Positions 1 to 12,432 of a DNA stretch of 64,000 nucleotides are shown here, in pieces. Source of the DNA: Phallusia mammillata (taxonomy: Eukaryota); the NCBI GenBank assembly GCA_965637545.1, contig OZ281494.1:28830001-28894000 (forward strand). Direction: 5' to 3'. The notes beneath the pieces are model-generated. The model was not told the origin of the DNA. It did not search any database and saw only the letters and a list, made by a program, of their open reading frames with translations. Position numbers and translations under genes: made by a program. The stretch's first letter is position 1; each line of letters opens with the position of its first letter.

Positions 1-629
1 TATTCGAAAAAAGGAAAAAGTTTGCAATCACGAAGCATTGTTATGAATCGTTTTGTTTTTAAAGATCGTGCCGTGCCTGGTTGAACTAACGTTTGTGTAT
101 TCGGTCGCCCGTCAAGCGGCAAGCTAGAAGTTTTCAACAGTCCTGAACCCTTGTTCAAAATATTTTTGATTTATTATGTTTCTAGATATAAATTAGTTTT
201 TTGACAAAATGTAATCATTTTTTTACTCATCCTCTTAGATTTCTAATAAATTAGGCTAAACTAAAAAAAACTGGAAAAAAACACAAAATGATCTTTCTAA
301 CTGCTCGTAGTGCCAAGTACCCTTTTACATTTTGAAATCGTTTACTCAAAAGAGTACAATTTACAAAAAAAACTTTTTGTTCTTTTTACAGTTTACCACA
401 TGAGGGAAACAGGTTGGGAACACATTGCATGGAAGGACGTTAAGGAATTGCATTTCCGCTATCAGAATGAAAAGAAATGAGTCTAAAATGAGAATATGCC
501 GCTGCTGGATTCCTGTTGGTTTTTGCTTCTCCAAGTGTAGTTCAATCGTATTTTGCCTTCATTGTTTCTGTGACTAGAGTCGAATAAACGATTTTCAAGC
601 AGCGCGTGCGTGGTTGTTTACCTATAGTG

Positions 630-680
630 CAGTGGTTCCTAATCAGTGGTACGCTGGAGCTTTTCAGGTGGTACTTCAGA
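630..680 (+). mobile_element. Truncated left end of a hAT-type MITE
   Basis: Begins CAGTGGTTCCTAA and shares GTGGTA..CTGGAGCTTTTCA with the element at 54878. No right TIR or TSD found. Confidence 0.4.
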
Positions 681-1475
681 AGCTTTTTTATGTCATACCC
701 GATTAAAGGTTTGGTGTTGTAAAAACTATTGTGTTGGGCAGTGTGATATTACCCTGAGGAAGACGCCCAAAATGAAATCGTAGGACGAGTCAAATATATT
801 TGCTGGTTGATAAAAAGGACAGTGTAGTTTTGAACTCTTTAGACCTAAAGCATATTTTATTTAGTTTTTGTATGAGATAAAAACTGCATACAAAACAACA
901 AAAGGTACAGAAAGACACGCAAAAAATATTTAAAGTCTCCAAGTTGTTTTGTGCAAAAAAGGCAGCTGAGAAAAGTTGTTTGTTAATAAGTAACTTTAAG
1001 TGCAAGAAGTAAGGTATAATTTTTTGGAACCATTGTGAAAGGGGCTGCTTCAACTTGTTGGCTCCTTGGTTGTTCAAGACCAACGAATTATGAGAAAGGA
1101 AAAACGTACAAAATCCTTGGTACAAACTGCAAATTCAATTTACAAATATAATGTAAAATACATTTCTTGTTTCGAGGTGGATATTTGAAAGGGTTGAAAC
1201 AGAGTTAAGCAATGAATAAAAATAGACCTGGAAATTTATTAGCTAAGAATTTAAGTGCTTTAAAATGTTAAAGAATATTTGGAACATGTTACAAAATAAT
1301 CATCTGCTATAAAACAAGAAAAGTAGAAACGGTACGGAAATCAAATACGTACATCTATTACACTGATGATTACAAAATACAAAAAATATTGTACTTCCGA
1401 TTCATCGCTGAACTTTATATCAAAGTGTTTCAGTTTGTGAGGTTCTTACATGGTGTAGTCCCAATCAAAGTGCAT

Positions 1476-4400
1476 TCACAAACTTGTGCTTTTACGGCCA
1501 GAGTCTGTCCCCGACATCCAACGTGGGCTGGAAATGGAGCTGTCGGTTCTAATGCGCTCCCATGTTTTCTGCAACGAAGAAATTTTTTTTTAAATAAGGT
1601 TCTAAGCCTGTCGCAGGATTAATATTAAGCCAATTTTTGACCGCTTGGTTGCGCTAGAGAATCATACGTGCAATTACTATAGGTAAGTTGGCACTGATTT
1701 TAAAACAGTTACAATAAAGCATATATTTCCTCCCTCATTCCACACTTCTGATATAATATGCCCATTTACTATAGCAATGTACATGTTTCCCAAAAACCAC
1801 CGGATAAATACATTACTTACCGTGCAGCGCGAATCTTGTATGATTCGTAGCAAGCAGAACATAAGGAAAATCACAAAACCCTGGACAGAGTTAAAGATCG
1901 TAAACAAGATGTCAAAGATGAAAATTGCTTGTTTCTGCGCCTCAGTAGGACGACCGTTCGATACCGTCATTTGCACCGCCACTTTTAAGAATCCGAATAA
2001 CCACGTTATCCCCAACAATACTGTGACGCAGACAGCTTGACGTAGACGATTTTTAAGTCTGTTTAAAAAATGGTTGTTGATTAAATGCAAATACAGTAAA
2101 CCTTGGTTCCCGTTTGGACCAAAAACTGTGTCCGGATTAGGTGAAGATCCGGTTTATTCGATGTCTAAGTTATTAGTTGAAGCCTTGCCACATTACAAAC
2201 CATTTGTAGCCTATTTCAGGTTTTGTCTAATTTAGCCGATTTTCCGGATTACCCGAATCTGGTTTAACAGAAGTTTAGCCCACTATACATAACTTACTTA
2301 ATGTATGTGAAGTTTATTGTAAACTGAAATCAAATGAAAAATACAATTAACTACAAGTACCGTATGTATATTTCATCTTAATTGTAAGGTTTAAGTTTGA
2401 GAAGCAGTTTACAANNNNNNNNNNNNNNNNNNNNNNNNNNNNNNNNNNNNNNNNNNNNNNNNNNNNNNNNNNNNNNNNNNNNNNNNNNNNNNNNNNNNNN
2501 NNNNNNNNNNNNNNNNNNNNNNNNNNNNNNNNNNNNNNNNNNNNNNNNNNNNNNNNTTAAACTTGCAAAGCTTACACTTTGTTTAGTTTGCAACATCGAT
2601 ATTACAAAACTGACTGACACCAGCAATCACCCACTTACTTGCGTGTTTCTTTTCTGGCGGCCACTGCCTTGGTGGGACTGTTCAGCCCCCGAATGATAAA
2701 GATAAACAATACCAAATTTGCGAAGAAGGCCAGAGTGATCGGTAGAATAACTAGGAAATGGCTGGTTGGTGCATCTGCAATACATGCGACATCACCGTTC
2801 CTGAAAAAAAAATCAAACAAAATTTAAATGACAATTAAATGCTGACAAGCAAACGAAATAAATAGAAAATTAAATCCTGACGAACATACAAAATACAAAC
2901 AAAAATTAAAGGTTGAAGGTTAAAGCAGTTATATTTTGCAAATAAAAACATCTTAATAACCCACCGGTGAAGCTAAACCGTCTTGTTTTACATACTGACA
3001 TCTTATGTGTTTTATATTTCACGGACGCCGAGAAATATATTGTGTAATTTAAACTGCAAACCAACTAATTCTGTCATATTTATCGCACACAAATGAAAAA
3101 AAAATTCAACGTATTATACGGTAGTACAAAAAATATATATATATACTGGAATTGACGAAAGGACTATCATATCCATTGTTCTATATCTCGAAAATAAAAT
3201 ATGTTCAACTTTTCTTACGTGTAACTTCGACTGAGCGGTTGGTCTGGAGAATTTGCGTACGAAACGCACAGCCCCGTCAAAAGAAGAATGAGAGAACCTC
3301 CGTAACACGCAACCGCCGCTTTTGTGAGAAAACGTGTCATCGAAACGTTGTAGACCCGAACCAGCAACAAATACATAGATACTGCTTCCACAACGTTCCA
3401 TCCCCAAACCGACAGCAAGAAAAAATGAAGTACCATTGCCACAACAAAACAAGCGCCCTACAAATATAGAAAGGTTTGAGTCGGTGATTCTCAAACTGTG
3501 CTTCGTTTGCATTTCCAAGGGCATCTGACAATAATTTTGTTTTGTGACTAAACTCAATATTAAAGTTTTTCTCAAAACGCTATTTTCTATCAAAAGTGTG
3601 CAATTGAAATTCATTAACACATACCACGCAAGGGAAAATTGCAACAAGTGCTACTGCGCAATATGTTCTCAATGTATTTGTAAAGTTAGTTTTCCATGCA
3701 GTAGCTGTGACCGTACATTGCCAAGATCATTAGTTGCCTAAAATGCCAGTCATTTTACAAGAAATAACAACAACATTACAATTGAACTTGGAATTGTTTT
3801 TATCGCTGGGATATCAAGGCAACAAACTTTTCCAATCCTAAAGCGTCTCAGCAAAAAGTTTAAAACCGCCGGTTGAAAGAACAGGCTCTTGAATGGCAAC
3901 GTGAAGGTACCTACCGGATTTTTGAGAAGCGCATTGGTTTCCGCGGGTAAGAAGAAGATATAAACGATTAAAAGGCAGGAGCAGAGATTCAATAGGATCA
4001 ACTGAGGAACTCCTCTGCGCAGTTCTTGAACAAAAAGCCTGCGAAGTATTTAACAACTAATTGTTAAGCTTTCCATAAACCGTAGTTATTAGATTGTTAA
4101 GTCTTAAAAAGGTTTTGACCCTACCGTGTGCGGCTTATAATCGAGGGCGGCTTACATCTTTATAATACAGATATTATTTCTACACCCATGCATTTGATTT
4201 ATTTTGCTTTCCAAATTCTTTTTAACACTGGCTTTACACGTCAATATAACGCTCTGCTAGGTACACTTATTTGCAATAGCATTTTTTTGACAATTGATGT
4301 GCTATACTGGAATAGCAACACGAAGAGGTTAACAATAGTACTTAACATCACAAATGCGGTTTCAGTACGATCGACGGCGACTTACATTTTTTCGACACCT

Positions 4401-7400
4401 TGACATGCGGCTTACATTAGAGGGCGGCTTACAATCGAGTAAATATACGGTATGCAGTGTAAACTTGCCTGTATACAATTGTAATGGAAAGGCCAACGAT
4501 TGATGCAATCACTCCAATGTAGGTGATCGTAGTTATCACAGTTTCTTCGAGTTCTTCGGAAGAAGACGATGTTGGGTTGTAGTCAAGAATGATGCCGAAG
4601 TTGGTGAGATGAGAACATGCGCAAGTGGCCTTCATTAATCCGAACCCGGTACCAGTTTCTGTGTAGTTTACAAGCATGCAACCTTGCGTCGACCAGGACC
4701 TATTGGCGGGCATCCAAAAGGCACAACTGCGTGCAAATAAAGTAAAGATAAAATCTGTGTTTTGTGGGGTCATCGGCGGAAACATCTAAGAGACAAGGTA
4801 TAAGCTTGTGCCTCAGCTACAAGATGACAACGTTTTTATAATACATTATTGATGGCAATTATTTTTTTTTAAAACTAGGCAATGCTTGTTTAAAACACAA
4901 CCTGAAATTTATGAAAAAATGTTTTTCTGGAAATAAATAATTTTTCATTGCCTTTGTCTCTAGGCAAAAAATGAATAGTAAAGCACTACTCTGACGTTAT
5001 TTTTTGCCAGCAGTTTTTCATTTTTGTCGTATCGTGCTCCTTTTTTTGTACATGTTCAGTTAAAATACAAAAAAGTATTTTCTACCAGTTTACGCTGCCT
5101 CTTAATCAAAAAACGCCAGAGTTAAAATCACCAGCTTTACGGGCAAAACAAACTTTAGAGTTTCAACTACAAACAAACAAAGCAGCCACCGGATATAGTG
5201 CTTTCATATAATTATGTATAAACCGGGCATTTAGGTTTATCTTGATGTATATTAATATCCATCACAAAAATGAGTCACGTATACTGTATAGCATAACAAT
5301 AGGCCGTATATCAGAAACGAGACCTCACAATCTACGGAAAGTGTGGTGGATTCCTTACAATTGAAAACGTCACTGGCGTGATGCCGCGCATAGATCCGTT
5401 TCGAAATGGTTAACCGTTTGTGTTTAGGTGACCTCAGTGCATTGCCTGTCTGAAGCCAGAATAACCTATTGTTAGCTGAATAGCTTTTACCGATAACGGA
5501 AGAGGTCGGATCGCCACGGATTCTAGGTCTTCTTTTATCATTTCCCAAAATTCAGTTATGAATCATTGTACGTGTTATGAATCATTATACAAAATGATCA
5601 GGAACAGCTCAGACTTGGTTGAAGTACGCGTGTGCAAGCAGAAATGCGTATTTAAATTCCTCAACACCATGCGTTTTCGCCGAAAGAGCTCTTTTCGAAT
5701 TGTAAGAAGAGATGTTGGTGGTTTTGGGATTATTGCGCGTTATCCATTTTGTTGCTATCGTCAATAAACGACATAAAACGGTGGTAATATCTTACCGAAT
5801 GCGTATTTAACTCAGAAGCTTGAAAATCTTCTAAAACCCTTATAAGATAAACTTGTCTTATTCCCAGTTCTAAAGACAAACACCACCGTTTGGTCTGTAT
5901 TTTTAATAAACGAATGATAAAGACATAACTGAAGCCGTACCTGATGTTTTCTTTTGCTACGGTCGTGCCATTAAACGTAGCTGAGACGAGAATATCCTTT
6001 GGAGCATCTACAACATTTCTGCCTTTTACATTTGCTGATATGATGCCGGACAAAACTGCTTGGTTCTCGGAGCGAAACAGAAACTATCATAAAAGGATTG
6101 GGTTAAAATAAACAAGCTGCAGTGTGTTACTCATAAAAATATTTGCTGTTAAATTATTACAAACCAATATCTAAATGCATAAACGTGTGAAAGTTTTTTC
6201 TAGAAATGGATATATATTTTTTCTGTTTAACTTTGTATGCATTTGTATGGAAATTTGTTGAACCTGACCATTTTTGTTTAGGTTAAGTTGTTTATCACGC
6301 CTAAACCGCTTTCAAAAAGAACGTTGAATCGATCATCATTCTCATCTTAAGCGCCAAGTCACATCGTTTTTTTATTTCGAAATCGGGCAAGTATAGAGTT
6401 TTTTTTTACAAACTTAACAGTTTTGTCCGTTTTTTTTTCGAATTTTGCTTCTGAAACCACATCACATCGTGAATTCAAAAAGCAAATACTTACATCGTCT
6501 TTGTACATCGCGAAGGTCAGCCGTTGCTTTCCACCGCTCGAGTAAATACTGGCGGGTAACTCGATCTCCATTGGCCTCTTACTGGTCACATTTGCCTGCA
6601 GAAAAAAATCAAACATAACACAACTAGTTAAAAATAACCTTTACAGTTTCTCATTCCTCTTTTAATTTTGTTTACTAATTTTTATTCCTGTGGCAAATTT
6701 CCAGGAGAGCAATTTTTACCCCCAAGTTTTTTCAAACACTGATCACACTAGGCAAAAAATGCTTTCCTATTTTTATTCCCATACCACGTCAAATTTGCTT
6801 TTTTTGACCTGTAGTTAAAATCATGTGTTCTAACCCCAGCTGAAATTCTATGCATTGTTTTTGTCCCCCCCAAAAAAATAATAAATAAAAGTAAAGCCCA
6901 GTTAAAGTCCATTGCTTTAACCCTAGTTGGAATTCTTTGCTTTCCTTTTTAACCCTAAATTGTCCCCCAGTTCAGATCTTCTGCTCTTGAGGGATAAAGT
7001 AAAATATCAAATATATATTCGTTCTGGTCGTTAAGTTGGAATGTTCACAAGCATTGAAGATTAAACATCGCCACTTGAAAGCATTTAAAGTCTGAATGCC
7101 TTAAAGTACTTACACCACAAGCCGTTACAATTAGATCAGCATCCGACGGCAGAAAGTTCCTCGGAGATGTATTGTCGCCTATGAACGTTGCTGCACCATC
7201 ATCCAGTACAGTAAATACAATTCTCTGCTGGGGTGTTTCTGGCAAGTTGATCGCGCCGTTCATTTTAGGGATGACGTCAAACGCTCCCATCACTATGTCA
7301 CTGGACAAATAGCCGAGCAGCCAATCACCGTTCAGTTCGATTTGTGACGAAACCTCGTTTAGTGCTACAGGTAGAAAAACGTTCGCTGTACAGTTGAATT

Positions 7401-10400
7401 CACCAGTAATTGGTTACATTTTTGCCGTTTTGTGGATTTCTTCATGCTTAGCTTTACAAACCTAACCTGTTCACTTGAACGAACGTGCCAATATTCATGC
7501 AAAATAACTGTAATCACTCTAAATAAATCATTACAAAAACAGTTTAAGACAAACTACCTTTACTCATTCATATAAAAACCAGTGATTTTCGACTTACCAT
7601 CAACGACGTATTTTTTCACGCTTCCAAGATCCGTTGATTGGTTTCTGTTTACTGCGTTTCTCGCATAATGGTATAACGACTCAATTTGTGTCAGTATTCT
7701 CCTGTAAATAAATACCCAAAATACAAATCTTTTTTTTCCGTTCATTAAAATTCTGAAGTGGTGTTGTATACAGTAGCTTTAATGTTGTGTGCTGAGCAAA
7801 GATTTGCCAAATAAAAAAGGGTGTAGAGGTAAAAAATGTATTTCATGTCGTAAGGTAGTTTTATTTAATGAACTGATGAAGTCTGATGACTCAACATTCA
7901 CCCAATCGGGCCACATATTAAGCAACGAAATACGTTGGCATATTTAGGCATGGTCTTATCAGTTTTACAGACCATAAACTTACACCAACACGTTTTTGTT
8001 GTCTGGCAAAGTCCCATTTTTTATCCACTTCATATAAGACTGCAGCAGGCATAGATTCATGTTAGCTCCAAACTTGGAACATTTCGACACCCTGCGAATG
8101 CAGAGACCAGGTGCTGGTAGAATAACATCATTGCGGGTTAACGAGAGGGTTTCGTCTAGTGCTTCCAACTGTTCTAAAGCCTTGGATGAGTACTGCTTCT
8201 CTTCTGGTATTACATTGCAAGTGACTAACTGGAAAAGTTGAGCCATGGCTTCATCACACTGCAACTGATTGCCACCCAAATAAATGTACCTGTAAAAGGA
8301 GCAAACGTTGTAGTGTTTACTCACATCACTTATCACTAATGATACCACGAGAATTGCTGAAACGGTTATGCCTTTGAGTATTTATCAGAGTTTTGGCCCA
8401 CAAAGCTAACGTATATCTTGTTTTCAAGGTACATCATAAAAGTCAACGGTTTGACTTCTAGTACATGTTCCAGGCCCTTGCTTATGACTATCAATTAAAA
8501 GTAGAGGAAGTAATAAAATAACGGCTGTGTTCCCATTTTGGTACAAAACATGATTCGCCATAAATTGTACAAGCCACAAGGTACATAATGTTTAAACATC
8601 GTTGTCATATTTCTAACGTTAGCAACAGGTTAACCAAAGTGCGGTTATTTTTTCTCCCAAAATCCAGTAAGTTCCCTCTCGAAATAAAATTTTGATAAAC
8701 ATAACATTTTATCGACAATTTATAATTATACACTTTAGTGCTGGGACTTTACCCGTATTTGTCCGCAAGGCTCTTCACCCAAGCGAGCGAGACTTTAGAA
8801 AAACGGTTTTCGCTGAGATCAAGGCTGTCCAACTGGCTTAAGTCGTCGGTAGCAAACTGTTCGAGGTCGTTATGATTGAGTAACAGCTCCTTAAGTGACT
8901 GCGATCCAGTAAAAGCTCCGGCATGCACATTTGACAACCGGTTGTTGCTCAGATCTAAGGTGGATATCGCAGGCATGGCGCTGTAAGCAAATATAGGATT
9001 TTTTCTTCGCTATAAACGTGATTGTTTCAACGAGTTTGTTAAGAGTTGTTGTTTGTTTGCGGAAACTTCAATGAGTCCGTTTGGAAAAAAAGGAAGTAAG
9101 GTTTTTCTACTCATAACTTAAGAATACTTTTTAAAACTTAAGTTTTGCGTTTTTAATGACTTTTTGTATCTCATCTCCGTTTACAAAGAGATATAGCACA
9201 CAATGAGAAAATGCCAAACCATTTGACAAGGGATAAAAAATATTGACATTAATTTTCCCTACTTACACAAACATTCCAGGAAGCAGCTCTTGCAGCTTGT
9301 TGTGGCTGAGATTAAACATCAGAGCTGAATAGTTGTCTTGTACTTGCTCTGTACATAGGGTCGGACCCACAGTGATCTCTGAAGAACTGATGTGATTTTG
9401 AGAAAGATCTAATGTCCGCAACGAGCATAGACTCTGAAAGAAATCTGAAATCTCCGTTATGAGATTTGAACTCAGATCCAATGTTTCAAGGCTATTTAGT
9501 TGCGTCGGTTGCGTGCAGTTGGAATTGCAGCTGTTAGATATAGCGGTGCAATCGTAAGGGTACTCAAGGTCAAGATTTTGGATTTGATTTTCACGTATAT
9601 TGAGCGTTATTAGCGATGACAGTCCATCGAACATTGGAGAATGCAGCACGGAGAGGCGATTGCGGGAAAGATTCAATTCGGTAAGCATAGACAACTTTGA
9701 AAACGTTCCAGCAGAGACCGATGTGATGGCATTGTCATTAAGGGTCAGCTTCAAAAGATTAAGTAAATTATCAAATGAACATGGGTCGACATGTGTGATT
9801 CGATTGCTCGAAACGTCTAGAACTTCTAGTGTATTGAGCGACTGAGATTGAAAAGTGGTCACAGTTAGCTCTGTGATGTTGTTTGAGGAAAGACTAAGCT
9901 CATCAATGGCGGAAAATGCTTTAAATAGGACCGGATCCACTTTGGTCAAGCCGAGATGTGTAAGCTTCACAACAGAGACAGGAGACTTTAGGATTTGTCC
10001 AACAACTTTGGGTTGCACGCCACCAGGAGCAGTTGTTCGGTGGATTAAACTGCCTTCCACGTTGAGTTCGACCAGGGTGTCCACACTCACGTTGTGCTTG
10101 ACCAGAAACGGATATAGGCAGTCGAATAGATTGGGTGCCTGCAAAAGCATGTTTTTTATTATTAAACGCAAATAACTGGGTAGTGATAGAACCTATTTTA
10201 GCTGTAAAAATGGTTAATTCTAAAAACTATACCACAAAAAATTACAATAACAGCATCTATATAAGGTGTTGAAATTAAAATGGAATGGATTTTTTGGCAG
10301 TACGAGTATTAATTATAATATTATATAGTTTTATAGGTGTGTACAGTATTCTGGTTGCGTTTTTCAAGCATCCTTGTTTAAATCACAGTCTAATATAACT

Positions 10401-10692
10401 TTGAAGTGGTACATTAATCCCAGGAAATATTCTTACGCAGTAGCCGTCAAAGTGTTAGTAATAGCCTTACCGTTATATTAGTCAACGCCAAATCGAATAG
10501 TTCAGTGTCGCTGAGGTTGTTTGGAGCCCCTTTATGAGTCGAACATTCGTATTTCCCCACGCTGCTCATACGTTCATCCACTTTGCGTATTAGATAAGGC
10601 GCAGCCGGATGAGCACAACACGCGGATCCGGGGAGCCCCGATGCTATTTTTAGGTGAATCAGGAACAGGTAGATTTTGAAAGCCACCAGCAT
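1476..10692 (-). CDS. LRR-containing adhesion GPCR (signal peptide, about 12 LRRs, GAIN/GPS, 7TM, C-terminal PDZ-type motif), about 1,155 aa
   Basis: Phase-consistent exons: 10692-10471, 10138-9267, 8980-8753, 8289-7984, 7701-7598, 7385-7114, 6595-6494, 6083-(5941 or 5930), small exon (5838 or 5830)-5796, 4785-4469, 4038-3915, 3457-3219, 2800-2639, 2058-1821, 1568-1476. Signal peptide MLVAFKIYLFLIHLKIASG. Repeated LxxLxLxxN. GPS is CAFW..W..GC..CACSHL/TNF. Secretin/adhesion-type TMs (LLNLC, HFFLLSVWGWNVVEA, LLGITWLFG, FTIFNSVQGFVIF). Ends KSTSL*. The junction in the GAIN region is uncertain. Confidence 0.9.
2094..2285. mobile_element. Degenerate pogo/Tc1-type MITE, relative of 14134-14306
   Basis: TA followed by CAGTAAACCTTGGTT. 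Internal CCGGATTAGG..CGGTTTATTCGA resembles the copies at 14134 and 22231. Right end is degenerate. Confidence 0.45.
2415..2556. other. Assembly gap (142 N) inside an intron of the adhesion GPCR
   Basis: Run of N. The flanking exons join in phase, so no exon needs to be hidden in the gap. Confidence 0.95.
4124..4450. mobile_element. Tc2/pogo-like non-autonomous element remnant
   Basis: Flanked TA-CCGT...ACGG-TA. Repeated GCGGCTTA(T/C)A..GAGGGCGGCTTAC motifs at both ends. Right end reverse-complements to CCGTATATTTACTCGATTGTAAGCCGC, a Tc2-style terminus. The left TIR appears internally deleted. Confidence 0.55.
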
Positions 10693-12388
10693 AGCTGACT
10701 CCTTTGTTGTTTTCACTAATGAATCTACATAAACAGTGACTGTGTCATCATCATGAGAATGTTAAATTAGATCACTGTTTTCTTATATGGTGGTGACGGT
10801 TGCACAACGGCATGTAGTCATCTGTGGCTATTAAACATTCACTGTATCACTTCCTTTTCAAGCCAACCTATGATTTAGTTTTAAGCACCATACAACATTA
10901 TAACCGTTTTGCGTTATTGGAACAAGAAATGCCTGCAAATTGTGAAGGGCCTATAACAAAAACTCTTTCAGAATTTTTTACGGATTCAAAATAACCATGT
11001 GGTGAAGTTGTGCTGCATCTTTACTTTTCTTATGTCTATCCTACTTGTACAGACTTTTCTTGCGCCTGTAACAAAACTATTGGCTCCAAACCTTCATTAA
11101 ATCACAGTCATTAAATGATCTGCATATAGATCACAAGCATACGACAGATTTTAGCTCACGCACGCATTTTATTCACTGTTGCCTTTATAGATACCGGGCC
11201 ATTCAATATCAGAAACTTTACTTTATAAACTTCACATAGGTTTGGTAAAGTCTTATCCAAAACAGCCTGCAATATGCTGTCGCTATTTCTTGATTATCTT
11301 TAGTAATTGCCATGTGACGACGTTTACTGTCAGATGAAATGTCAACCTAATTAACACAACATGTATTCATTGTAATCTAAATTTACATTGCTTTATTTAA
11401 ACAGCTTCATATGAACGACTTAATCAATCGAACAGGAAATCACCAGAACGAAGCCATTGCTAAGAAAGACCAAACCAAATAAAGAACTATTTAATCATGC
11501 GCTTAAAATGTTACATTGGTAAACCTATGCCAAACATTTGAACTTGTAATCTACAAACATATAGCTAAAGATTATTTTTTATCCTTTTTAATGCAGGTTT
11601 TCTAAATTAACAGGGCTTCACCTTTTCTGATGAACTATGTAAACAATTGTTCGACACAGCTAACACGATTGACTGGACGAAACACTCTTCAAGCCCGTTA
11701 CATGTAAAATACTTATAAACGTAACACGAAGTTCCTGCCCTATAGTCGGCTTTAACGCAAGCCCAAGTTCCTGTATTATAAATAATAATTTGACATTATT
11801 GAGTGATAAACAACTTGATCCACAAAACGCGACTGCCTTTCAGTTAATTAAAGTCGATACTAGCTTGCTATTCTCACGCTTATACGTGCATGGCCTTAAC
11901 GAATATGGTCGTTTTTATTACGTCGTTTTTATTGTGTGCGAAACCTGCAGCGGATGTTTCTTATGACGCGTGTCCTATGAAAACAAACGAAAAGTCATAC
12001 CACCAAAGAATACTTGCAATCATTGCTGTGGTATATCTATAATACACCACCTTGTGTATATATCAAGCAGAATAAGGCAACATAACTTTAATCCAGTGGT
12101 GAAGAGGCCTACACAGCCTTTAACATTCCTAACTAGTTTTCACGAAAAAAGTTGATACCTAAAGCTAGTTTCGCCAAAAGTACACTACGTATTTTTATTC
12201 AGAAACCTGTATTTGTGCATAACGCACGTTACTCTTTAATACGATCATTAAAATTGACTTTTAGTGCACCATGTAACAATATGCACTAATAGGGAAACAT
12301 ACAACTGGGATCACGATAAAGTTGCACGAGTATATACTTGCTTGATTGGAAGCTGCATATTGTAGTCTTAAGCAAGTTACGTACATAA

Positions 12389-12432
12389 TGTTTACACGCA
12401 CCAAGTTGACTGTTTACCTGCACCAAGTTGAC
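12389..12432. repeat. 22-bp tandem duplication, each unit starting with TGTTTAC
   Basis: TGTTTACACGCACCAAGTTGAC followed by TGTTTACCTGCACCAAGTTGAC. Confidence 0.85.

Noticed and set aside
5252-5548. 98-aa minus-strand ORF inside the adhesion GPCR gene as a possible GAIN exon
   Set aside because: No acceptor/donor pair gives the phases needed to join the flanking exons, and the gene is complete without it.
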